Shown here one piece after another: positions 12,931 to 23,349 of a DNA stretch of 64,000 bases. This DNA comes from Mustelus asterias. Its lineage: Eukaryota. Under the pieces are notes generated by a model. That model had not been told where the DNA came from. It was given only the letters and a program-made list of their open reading frames with translations, and made no database searches. How positions within the stretch are numbered: position 1 is the first letter of the stretch; each line of letters begins with the position of its first letter. Location of the stretch: assembly GCF_964213995.1 (NCBI RefSeq), contig NW_027590175.1, positions 496,001 to 560,000 on the forward strand, read 5' to 3'. Made by a program: the position numbers and the translations under genes.

Positions 12931-13949
12931 ACCTTCAACTTCAAAAGTTAAAAGCGTTCGTCTGGCAAATAGCTAAGTGAGCATTTCTGCCCATTCATTA
13001 TTTCATCATTCTCATCTTCCTTCGAATAATCTCAACCAATTGTACTCAGTAATAACAGCAAATTACTGCGGATGCTGGAATCAGAAACTAAAAGGGAAAA
13101 ATCTGGCAAATCTCACAAGGACGGCAGAATCTATAAGGAGTGAAAAGAGCTGACGTTTCGAGTCAAGATGGCATTTTGTCAAAGCTCATTGTACAATTTT
13201 ACTCAGTATTTGTTTCAATATTTAGTATCAATGCATTATTTAACACATATATCTTCATTATGAATTGAATATCTTTGGAATTGAACATCACTGAACTGCA
13301 AACAGAACTGACCAAGAAAATGAATCGAGTCACCGGGTTAAACAGATCACAATTTTAAGATTGAACATAGACAGCTTTTTAAAAAAGTCAACTGGATCTA
13401 AATGGAAGAGATTTAAGAATTATCTGCGAGTGACCTGAGCCTTTTTTTATTATGGGCGTGAAACATTCAGGTGCATAAATTCCGTCCCTTTACAGGAAAG
13501 GCCAGTTGATCCGCACTGTGTCTCGATCTCCTCAAGTGTCTGAGTGTGTTCTTCCTGTTTCTTTGTGATGTAAAACGATTTTAAAAAAGATTTTCTGTGA
13601 AATATGGGCCCTTTTCTCGAGTTCACTTACAGTATCACTTGTGTCTGTCTTTTGGAGCACACACTGCTATCAGATATTTCAGACAGTGATTAACCATATT
13701 AGTCTGCACCTATAAACCCATTAAATTTTGTTGTCGACTGAACGAGATGCCAATCTGTGCTCGGTGTCGAACTCGAACTTTCCTGTCAGTGCGTGAAAAA
13801 GCAATAGCATTTCTTATTTCACAGAAAGCATTTGAGGGTGATGCCAGAGCAATATTCACATGCCTTTAACATCGAGGCTCGGATAACTTTGAGCAACAAA
13901 CTGAAATCAAGCAAATTTCCTTTACCCGACATGAGAAATGAATAAATCA

Positions 13950-14010
13950 GTTTCGAACCGGGCAACTTTCGCGTGTTAGGCAAACACGAAAACCACTACA
14001 CTATAGAGAC
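13950..14010 (-). pseudogene. tRNA-Val(AAC) pseudogene, unit 5 (3'-truncated)
   Basis: rc gtctctatagtgtagtggttttcgtgtttgcctaacacgcgaaag...ggttcgaaac. Confidence 0.75.
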
Positions 14011-14354
14011 AGCTGGGAGCAAGCTACACCAGATCTGCCTGTCTGCAATGTTCAACTGTGCTTTGTTTCTGCAGGTTGCAATGTTTGGACTGAGAGCCCA
14101 TGTGACTTAATTCAGGAAGATAACCGTTGCTTTCAAACTGACTACTCAACTTATCTTGAACATCAAAGTTTAAAAGCTTTCGTCTGGCAAATATTTAATG
14201 GAGCATTGATTTCTGCTCATTCATTAATGCATCATTCTCATCTTCCTTCGAATAGTCTCAACCAATTGTACTCAGCAACAAAGCAAGTTACTGCGGATAC
14301 CGGAATGGCAAACCAAACAAAAAAATGCTGGAAAATCTCACGTCCTGTGGATTA

Positions 14355-15098
14355 CAGGATCCACCCTGTGGATTACAGGGGCAAAGGTAGGGTTCTGAAG
14401 ACTGTGGAGGAACAGAGAGATCTTGGGGCCCATATCCATAGATCTCTAAAGGTTGCCACTCAAGTGGAGAGAGCTGTGAAGAAGGCCTATAGTGTGTTAG
14501 CTTTTATTCACAGGGGGTTGGAGTTTAAGAGCCGTGGGGTTATGCTGCAACTGTACAGGACCTTGGTGAGACCACATTTGAAATATTGTGTGCAGTTCTG
14601 GTCACCTCACTATAAGAAGGATGTGGAAGCGCTGGAAAGAGTGCAGAGGAGATTTACCAGGATGCTGCCTGGTTTGGAGGGTAGGTCTTATGAGGAAAGG
14701 TTGAGGGAGCTAGGGCTGTTCTCTCTGGAGCGGAGGAGGCTGAGGGGAGACTTAATCGAGGTTTATAAAATGATGAAGGGGATAGATAGAGTGAATGTTC
14801 AAAGACTATTACAAGTTTATTACAAGTGGGCATAACTATAGGGTTCGTGGTGGGAGATATAGGAAGGATATCAGAGATAGGTACTTTACGCAGATAGTGG
14901 TTGGGGTGTGGAATGGACTGCCTGCAGTGATAGTGGAGTCAGACACTTTAGGAACATTCAAGCGGTTATTGGATAGGCACATGGAGCACACCAGGATGAT
15001 GGGGAGTGGGATAGCTTGATCTTGGTTTCAGATAAAGCTCGGCACAACATCGTGGGCCGAAGGGCCTGTTCTGTGCTGTACTGATCTATGTTCTATGT
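14355..15098 (+). mobile_element. 5'-truncated CR1 LINE (same young subfamily as 38788 and 60973)
   Basis: LYRTLVRPHL.YCVQFWSP..ERVQRRFTRM; 3'UTR cttggtttcagataaagctcggcacaacatcg. Confidence 0.95.
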
Positions 15099-15884
15099 CT
15101 GACAGCACCTGTAAGGAGAGAAAGGAGCTGACGTTTCGAGTCCAGATGACACTTTAACAGCGTTCATTGTGCAATTGTACTCAGTATTTGTTTCAATATT
15201 TAGTCTCAATGCATGATTTAACACATATGTATTCATTGAATTGAATGTCCCTGAAATTGAATATCATAGAATTGCAAATATAACGGACCAACAAGAATCG
15301 CGTCACCGGGTAATATAGATCACAATTTTGAGATTGACCACAGCGAACTACATTTAAACAAAGTGAACTACATTTAAATGGACGAGATTGAAGAATTATC
15401 TGTTATTGACACTTGAGTCATTTTAATTCTGGGCGTGAAACTTTCAGGCGGATAAATTCCGGTCATTTAAATGAAAGTCCAGTAGATCCGCACTGAGTCT
15501 CGATTTCCTCATCTGAGTGTTTTTCCCCCCTATTTCTTTGTTTTGAAGAACAATTTAATAAATATTCTTCTGGGAAATGTGCGCCATTCACTTGCCGTTC
15601 ACTTTCAGTATCACTTGTGTCAGTCCCCTGGAGCACATACTACCATTCGAAAAGTTCCAGATGGTGATTAGCTACGTTAATCTGCACCTATAAACTCTTT
15701 ACATTCTGTTGCAGACTGAACGTGATGCGAATATGTGCACAGTTCAAAATCGAAATGTTTCTTTCCTGTCAGTTCGTCAAAAAGCAATCAACATTCTTAT
15801 TTTACAGGAATCATTTGAGGCCGAGGTCAGAGCAAAGATCATATGGCTGCAATATCAAGATTCGGATAATGTTCAGCAACGAAG

Positions 15885-17378
15885 GTCTAATACAGATAGG
15901 AAATATACAGGAAATGGCAGAACCCTTAAGAGTATTGATAGGCAAAGGGATCTTGGTGTACAGGTACATAGGTCACTGAAAGTGGCAATGTAAGTGGAGA
16001 AGGTTGTCAAGAATGCATACGGCATGCTTGCCTTCATCGGCCGGGGCATTGAGTTTAAAAAATGGCAAGTCATATTGCAGCTTTATAGAACCTTAGTTAG
16101 AACATAGAACATTACAGCGCAGTACAGGCTCTTCGGCCCTCGATGTTGCGCCGACCAGTGGAACCAATCTAAAGCCCCTCTAATCTACAATATTCCAATA
16201 TCATCCATATGTTTATCCAATAACCATTTGAATGCTCTTAATGTTGACGAGTCCACTACTGCTGCAGGCAGGGCATTCCACGCCATTACCACTCTCTGAG
16301 TAAAGAACCTACCTCTAACATCTGTCCTATATCTCTCACCCTTCAATTTAAAGCTATGTCCCCTCGTGCAAGCCATCGTGGTCCGAGGAAAAAGGCTCTC
16401 ACTATCCACCCTACCTAATCCTCTGATCATCTATTATGCCTCTATTAAGTCACCTCTTAACCTTCTCTCGAACGAAAACAACCTCAAGCCCCTCAGCCTT
16501 TCCTCATACGATTTTCCAACCATACCAGGCAACATCCTGGTAAATCTCCTCTGCACCCTTTCCAACACTTCCACATCTTTCCTATAATACGGCGACCAAA
16601 ACTGTACGCAATACTCCAAATGCGGCCACACCAGAGTTTTGAACAGTTGCAGCATGACCTCCTGGCTCCGAAACTCAATCCCTCTACCAATAAAAGCTGA
16701 CACACCGTACGCCTTCTTAACAACCCTATCAACCTGGGTGCCAACTTTCAGGGATCTATGCACATGGACACCTCTGTTCATCCACACTACCAAGTATCTA
16801 ACCATTAGCCCAGTACTCTGTGTTACTGTTGGGCCACACTTGGAATGTAGTGTTCAATTCTGGTCGCCACACTACCAGAAGGATGTGGAGGCTTTGGCGA
16901 GGGTACAGAAAAGATTTCCCAGGATGTTGCCTGGTATGGAGGACAGTAGCTATGAGGAGAGGTTGGAGAAACTTGGTTTGTTCTCACTGGAGTTTGAGGG
17001 GAGACCTGATAGAAGTCGACATGATTGTGAGAGGCATGGAGAGAGTGGATAGTCAGAAGCTTTTTCCCATGGTGGAAGAGTCAATTACTAGGGGACATCT
17101 GTTTAAGGTGCGAGGGGCAATGTTTAAATGAGATGTACGAGGCAGATCTTTTACACAGAGAGTAGTGGGTGCCTGGAACTCGTGGCCGGGGGAGGTAATG
17201 GAAGCGGATATAGTCGTGACTTCTAAGGGGCGTCTTGACAAGTACATGAATAGGATGGGAATAGTGGGATATGATCCCCGGAAGGGTAGGGTGTTTTAAT
17301 GAACTCGGGCAGGATGGTCGGTGCAGGCTTGGAGGGCCGAAGGGCTGTTCCTGTGCTGTAATTTTCTTAGTTCTTTGT
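15885..17378. mobile_element. Nested CR1s: plus-strand CR1 (15885-16100, 16828-17378) split by a minus-strand CR1 (16101-16827)
   Basis: Host reads ...ccttagttag | ...gttgggccacacttgg across the insert. Confidence 0.9.
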
Positions 17379-17426
17379 ACTGAAATCATACAGATTTCCA
17401 CACCCTGAATTAGAAAACTTAATGAA

Positions 17427-17499
17427 TATTTCTGCCCGGTTTTGAACTGGGAACTTTGCGCGTGTGAGGTGAACGTGATAACCACTACACTACAGAAAC
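17427..17499 (-). pseudogene. tRNA-Val(CAC) pseudogene, unit 6
   Basis: rc gtttctgtagtgtagtggttatcacgttcacctcacacgcgcaaag... Confidence 0.8.
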
Positions 17500-17507
17500 G
17501 GGTGACA

Positions 17508-18315
17508 GCATGGTTTCCCCAATGTACCATGCCTCGGGACATCCTTTCTTGCAGCGTATCAGGTAGACAACGTTGGCCGAGTTGCAAGAGTAGGTACCAT
17601 GTACCTGGTAGATGGTGTTCTCACGTGAGATGATGGCATCCGTGTTGATGATCCGGCACGTCTTGCAGAGGTTGCTGTGGCAGGGTTGTGTGGTGTCGTG
17701 GTCACTGTTCTCCTGAAGGTTGGGGAAACCATGCAGACGCTACGACAACGGATGAATGAACACCGCTCGACAATCACCAGGCAAGACTGTTCTCTTCCTG
17801 TGGGGGAGCACTTCAGCAGTCACGGGCATTCAGCCTTGGATCTTCAGGTAAGCGTTCTCCAAGGCGGCCTTCACAACACACGACAGCGCAGAGTCACTGA
17901 GCAGAAACTGATAGCCAAGTTCCGCACACATGAGGACGGTCTAAACCGGGATGTTGGATTTATGTCACATTATCAGTAACCCCCACAGCTTGACTCCTGG
18001 ACTTGCACAATTTCACAAGCTGTACTGTCTGGAGACAATACACATCTCTTTAACCTGTGTTGAATGCTCCCTCCACCCACATTGTCTGTGCATTTAAGAC
18101 CTGGCTAGCTGTAGAGATTTGCATTCTAATCAGTGTTCTGTAATTTGATTTCTGTGTCTGTGCACTGTTTGAGAACAGAGACCACTCCATCTGACGAAGG
18201 AGCATTGCTCCGAAAGCTTATGGTATTTGCTACCAAATAAACCTGTTGGACTTTAACCTGGTGTTGTGAGACTTCTTACTGTGCTTACCCCAGTCCAACG
18301 CCGGCATCTCCACAT
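17508..18315 (+). mobile_element. Penelope-like retroelement: GIY-YIG endonuclease end with inverted 5' part, plus pLTR and tail
   Basis: Minus 17508-17718 encodes CHSNLCKTC..NVVYLIRC..WYIGETM; plus 17720 onward continues GETMQTLRQRMNEH..HF..H..EQKLI..GLN. Confidence 0.9.
18187..18223 (+). ncRNA. Minimal type I hammerhead ribozyme in Penelope pLTR
   Basis: CCAT-CTGACGA-A-GGAGC/att/GCTCC-GAAAGCTT-ATGG. Confidence 0.7.
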
Positions 18316-18459
18316 ATTGTCCTGATAACAGGTCTATCATTTTGAACTTCTGCGTGAAATCCGCCAGTCACCATATTCATTCCCCATTTCCATCTCGAGG
18401 TGATTATTCCGTTATTGTTACTCCTTCTAACCCGCTGCGTGTCTGTTGTCTATTTTCAG

Positions 18460-18762
18460 ACATGAGTAACGGTGACTTAGTGTCCCAGTCAGAAATAGCA
18501 GTTGAAGCAGCAGAGGGTGAAGATTCAGCAATATCCTGCATTTGTTCGGTACCCAGTTCAACTACGCAACATTACCTGTTCTGGTATCGCCAGTATACAC
18601 ACCGAGCTCCTCATTAATTGCTCAGAGCCGCTAATTTACCGATACGGCTCCAAGTTTTGAACACTTCAACGGGAATCTCAACCTGAAACAAAGCACTTTT
18701 CACTTGCCCATGAAAGATTTGAAGGTGACACTCAGCGCCGAGTATTACTGTGCACTGAGAGC
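18460..18762 (+). pseudogene. TCR alpha/delta-type V segment pseudogene (V1)
   Basis: Acceptor ttttcag; DLVSQ..ISC..YLFWYRQY..; in-frame TAA at 18615-18617 and a frameshift; second frame ends HFNGNL..STFHL..LKV..SAEYYCALR. Confidence 0.9.
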
Positions 18763-18801
18763 CACAGTGAATGAGGCTCCCGCGGGCCTCATACAGAATC
18801 T
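18763..18801 (+). promoter_or_regulatory. 23-RSS of V1
   Basis: CACAGTG + 23 nt + ACAGAATCT. Confidence 0.9.
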
Positions 18802-19371
18802 GGCACAGGTCGATAATCAATGATTCATTGTCAGGACAACACATGGGGTTAAACATCAGAGAATAATTACTCATAGTGAGCGTGACAATACAGCCCCGTC
18901 TGAGTGTTTTCCCTCACTGAGGTTAATGATTGTCACTGTTGGAAATTTGACATATGTTTACTCATATTACTATCAGATCAGGTCCAATCGTTCCCCGATC
19001 CCATTGACACAAACCCGCAGATCTCCCAGGTGAACAATGTCATCAATCTGTACTTTAAATGTTCCAGAGCAGTTAACTGTGTGACAGACCACACCTTTCA
19101 AAAGTGATCAAATATCAAAGGCAGACTCAGAGTTGTCACATGTTGAAGTCGCTGGGTTAAAATTATTGACTGTAACATGTGTACTTTATAAACAAAAGCC
19201 CCCAGTTGCAAACAGTCGAGGTAACAATATTGGACGGATATTTTGCTGGTGCTTAAAGTCCACAAATGCTGATGCGGTGAGTTATTTGAACAATTTCGGC
19301 TTTCACTCGAGGTGTCAGAACTGCTTTGTACAAAGTTAAACAATTTTTATTCTGCTGATTGCTCCCGTGCA

Positions 19372-19460
19372 GGCTCGTTGGTCTAGGGGTATGATTCTCG
19401 CTTAGGGTATCTAGCCCATTAGCATGCGAGAGGTCCGGGGTTCAAATCCCGGACGAGCCC
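19372..19460 (+). tRNA. tRNA-Pro(AGG) with 17-nt intron at 37/38 (19408-19424)
   Basis: Exons match the vertebrate Pro body (GGCTCGTTGGTCTAGGGGTATGATTCTCGCTTAGGG / TGCGAGAGGTC..TTCAAATCCCGGACGAGCCC); one G-G mismatch in T stem; T-run downstream. Confidence 0.85.
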
Positions 19461-19789
19461 CTCATTTGTTTCTTTTTGACCAAGTCAGATATTGTGATTT
19501 GTTTCAGGTTCAAAGGTGGGATGGCTTTCTGCTGACTGGCTACGAAAACGAATCAAAGAGGCACAGAGTTTTACAGCACGGAAAGAGTCCACTCGGTCAC
19601 CCACATGGCAGGCGCGGACACCCATCATGTCCGCGCCTGCCATGTGACATCTGGACGGGAAACGTTAGTTCTGATTCTCGCTCCACAGATAGTGCCAGAA
19701 ATACTGACATAACCCAGTATTTTCTGTTTTTATTTCAGATTTCGAAAGTCCGCTGTGTGCTGCATTATATAAGACTTTATGTTTTGGGT

Positions 19790-20585
19790 TGACAAGTGGC
19801 AAGTAACATTCGCGCCGCACAAATACGAGACAATGTCCATCTCCAATAAGAGAAAATCTAATCTAACCACCGCCTCTTGACAGTCAATAGTTTTTCCATC
19901 ACTGAATCCCCCATTGTTAACATCCTTACGGTTACCATTGGCCAGAAACTCAATTGGACTCGCCACATAAACACAGTGGCTACAAGAGCAGGTCAGAGGC
20001 CAGGAATACTGCGGCGAATACCTCACCTCCTGATTCCCCAGAGTCTGTCCACCATCTACAAGTCAGGAGCGTGATGGAATCTTCCCACCTCGCCTGGATG
20101 GGTGCAGCGCCAACAACACTCAAGAAGATTGACATCATCCAGGACGAAGCAGCTCGCTTGATTGGCACCAGATCCACAAGCATTCAATCCCACCACAACC
20201 GATACTCAGTAGCAGCGATGTGTATCTAAAAGATACACAGCAGCAATTCACCAAAGCTCCTTAGACAGCACCTCCGAAACCCACGACCACTTCCATCCAG
20301 AAGGAAAAGGGTAGTAGACACATGGGAACATCACCCCCTGAAAGTTCTCCTCCAAGTCACTCAACATCCTGACTTGGAATTATATTAAGAAGTTTAACAA
20401 CACCAGGTTAAAGTCCAACAGGTTTATTTGGTAGCAAAAGCCACACAAGCTTTCGGAGCTGCAAGCCCCTTCTTCAGGTGAGTGGGAACTGTGTTTACAC
20501 AGTTAAACACAGTAAGTTACTGTGTTTACCCCAGTCCAACGCCGGCATCTCCACATCATGACTTGGAATTATATTGCCATTCCTT
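19790..20585 (+). mobile_element. CR1-group LINE 3' fragment containing a Penelope terminal insert (20387-20558)
   Basis: LGVTI.QKLNW..HIN-like and IYK.QVRS motifs; insert flanked by duplicated tgacttggaattatatt. Confidence 0.8.
20444..20480 (-). ncRNA. Minimal hammerhead ribozyme, second copy
   Basis: rc CAC-CTGAAGA-A-GGGGC/ttgca/GCTCC-GAAAGCTT-GTG. Confidence 0.7.
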
Positions 20586-20684
20586 CGCAGGGTCTTATTC
20601 TGTGGTGTACTCATTTTCTGATTTAGTGCGTACCTCACCCTGAGGCCGTGAACCGCAAAGTATTTTCTCATTTCTCATTTCTGT

Positions 20685-21430
20685 CATCTCTCCCTCAATG
20701 TCAACAAAACGGAGATTGTCATTGACTTCAGAAAGCGTAGAGGAGAACATGCCCCTCTCTCCATCAAAGGGGACGAAGTAGAAAGGGTCGAGAGCTTCAG
20801 GTTTTTAGGTCTCCAGATCACCAACAACCTGTCCTGGCCTCCCATGCCGACACTATAGTGAAGAAAGCCCATCAACGCCTCTACTTTCTCAGAAGGCTTA
20901 GGAAATTTGACATGTCAGCTACGACTGTCACCAAGGTTTACAGGTGCACTATCGAAAATATCCTTTCTAGTTGTATCACAGCTTGGTGTGTCTCCTGCTC
21001 TGCCCAAGACCGCAATAAACTACAAAGGGTCGTGAATGTAGCCCAATCCATCACTCAAACCAGCCTCCCATCCATTGATTCTGTCTACACTTCCTGCTGC
21101 CTCGGCAAAGCAGCCAGCATAGTTAAAGACCCCGCGCACCCCGGACATTCTCTCTCCCACCTTCTTCCTTCGAGAGAAAGATACAGAAGTCTGAGGTCAC
21201 GTACTAGCCGACTCAAGAACAGCTTCTTCCCTGCTGCCATCATACTTTTGAATGGACATTACCTTGCATTAAGTTGATCATCCTCTACACCCTGATAATG
21301 ACTGTAATACCACATTCTGCACTCTCCCGTTTCCTTCTCTATGAACAATACGCGTTGTCTGTATAGCGCGCAAGAAAAAATGCTTTTCACTGTATACTAA
21401 TACATGTGACAATAATAAATAATACCAAAT
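20685..21430 (+). mobile_element. Rex1/Babar-type LINE 3' fragment
   Basis: KKAHQRLYFLRRLRKF..YRCTIE..L..CITAW..RLKNSFFP. Confidence 0.8.
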
Positions 21431-21699
21431 CATATCGTTTCATTTCTCCTGACTTCCAGACTATTCCTGTTGTTACATTTCCTCCCTCCTGAGTTTCAGT
21501 CGTTTCAAATTCCCACATTTTTCACCTTTTCCTGTTGTAATGAAAGGCCATGGATGTAAAAGATGAGCGTTGTTTCCCTGTCCACAAATTCTGCCTGAAT
21601 TCCTAAGTTTCTGCAGCATCTTCCGCCTTCGCTGCAGTTATCTGATCGGCTTTGAATGGCCAAGAGAGCATATTTTCTTTCAATCAGTGGCTGCTTATA

Positions 21700-21780
21700 G
21701 GCTCCTTGGTGTAGGGGTATGAATCGCATTTTGGTATGCCTTAACCACCGAGATCCCGAGTTGAAATCCGAGACTAGCCC
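21700..21780 (+). pseudogene. Decayed tRNA-Pro with over-long anticodon region (probable intron remnant)
   Basis: ggctccttggtgtaggggtatgaatc...gttgaaatccgagactagccc, 81 nt. Confidence 0.6.
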
Positions 21781-22129
21781 TACTGTTTCTTCTTTTCCTT
21801 GTTACGTCAAAACATCGGAAGCAGGAGTAGGTCATTGGAACATGATCTCCCTTTCATTATCGTCATGCCTGATAATCAAATTCAATACCCTGATCCGCCC
21901 TTTAGCCCCAAGAGCTATATTAAACTTCTCTTGAAATCATAGTGTTTGGCCTCAACTACTTTCTGTGGGAGTGAACTCTGCAGATTCACCACGCTCTGGC
22001 TGAAGGAATTCTCATCATCTCAGCTGTTATCCTGAAACTATAATCCCTAGTTCTGGACTCCCCACTAACGAGAACATTCTTTCTGAATCTACCCTGTTTC
22101 ATCCGGTCAGAATGTTATAAGGTTCCATT

Positions 22130-22450
22130 AGAATCATAGAATCCCTGCGGTACAAAACGAGTCCAATTCGGCCCATCAAGTCTGTACGGACCGCAATCCC
22201 ATCCAGGCCCCACTCCTGTAACGCCATGCATTCACCCTGCTAATCCCCCTGACACTAGGGCCAATTTAACACGGCCAATCAACATTAGCCGCACGTCTTT
22301 GGACAATGGGAGGAAACCGGAACACCCGGAGGAAACCCATGCAGATACGGGGAGAATGTGCAAACTCCACACAGACAGTGACCCGATGCCAGATTTGAAC
22401 CTCGGACCCTGGCGTTTTGAGGCAGCAGTGCTAACCAATGTGCCACCCAA
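22130..22450 (-). mobile_element. HE1-like SINE
   Basis: V core and CR1-type tail (tagaatcatagaatccc). Confidence 0.85.
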
Positions 22451-22534
22451 AACATATCTGCCCAGAAATAGCCAGGATTAGTTGGCAAGAAATGCATTTG
22501 CCAATCTTGGACACCTAAGTGTTAAAATAAGCCG

Positions 22535-22608
22535 CATCCCAGAAGGGACTCGAATACACACTCCCTGGTTTAGGAAGCCAGTGGCCTTACGCATTAGGTC
22601 ACTGGAAC
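22535..22608 (-). pseudogene. tRNA-Arg(CCT) pseudogene
   Basis: rc gttccagtgacctaatgcgtaaggccactggcttcctaaaccaggga...ttcgagtcccttctggg. Confidence 0.75.
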
Positions 22609-23349
22609 TATAGGTGAGCTACTGCTGCAGCTTGAAAAAGCTGTATATCTCCATCCACATAGACAGTGACTTACCCCAGAATCGAAACCAGGTCCCTGGT
22701 ATTGTGAGACAGCAGAACTAACCACTGTGTCGCCCTCTCCCACGAATATTTTATCAGATTTCATGAGCTGCAGATGTTGTTTCTTTCTTTGCATTGCAGA
22801 CTTTGGGATTGGTTCGCATGGGGTTTCGTTTGAGAATCTGAGCACAAACTGTGAGAAATATATCAACACAACACAATCGGTCGAAAATAAATATATGATC
22901 AACAGGGTTGGCTATGTAACTTGACGTTCCATTTTATCTACATTCACCTCTTCAGCTGGCCCCATCATTATGGTTTCAGTGAGCTGCCTGGATGTTTCTT
23001 TTTGTTCATGTGGGTGTCGCTGGCTAGATCAGCATGCACTGCCCATCAGTATTTATCCTTGAGAAAGTAATGGTGAGCTGCATTCTTGAAACGTTGCAAT
23101 CCATTTGTACAGGTACTCTTACAGTGCTGTTGGGGAGGGAATTCCACGAATTTGTCCCAATGACAGTGAAGGAACGGCGATATATTTCCAAATCAGAATG
23201 CTGAGGGACTTGAGGGTGGTGTTGGCTGTGTGGCGTTGGAGTGGGGGGAGAGGGGGGGGTTGGCGGGGGAGCTGCTAGGTGGAAGCGGTCATGGGTTTGG
23301 AAGATGCTGTCTAAAGTGCCTTTGGTGGATTCCTGCATCATGCAGACAA

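Larger units (their letters stand above)
6110..17507 (-). repeat. Tandem array of 6 diverged ~1.2-kb units, each with a tRNA-Val pseudogene and usually a Penelope-end remnant; interrupted by several CR1 insertions
   Basis: Recurrent blocks (gcaatgttcaactgcgctgtgttgctgcagg; ttgagattgacc; cacttacaatatcacttgtg) around each Val remnant. Confidence 0.9.

Noticed and set aside
6800-15160. Hammerheads in the Penelope remnants of the Val units
   Set aside because: CTGANGA core is mutated in every unit inspected
18615-18617. Idea that the TTA tRNA rescues the TAA stop in V1
   Set aside because: V1 also has a frameshift and appears to have lost its ATG and promoter
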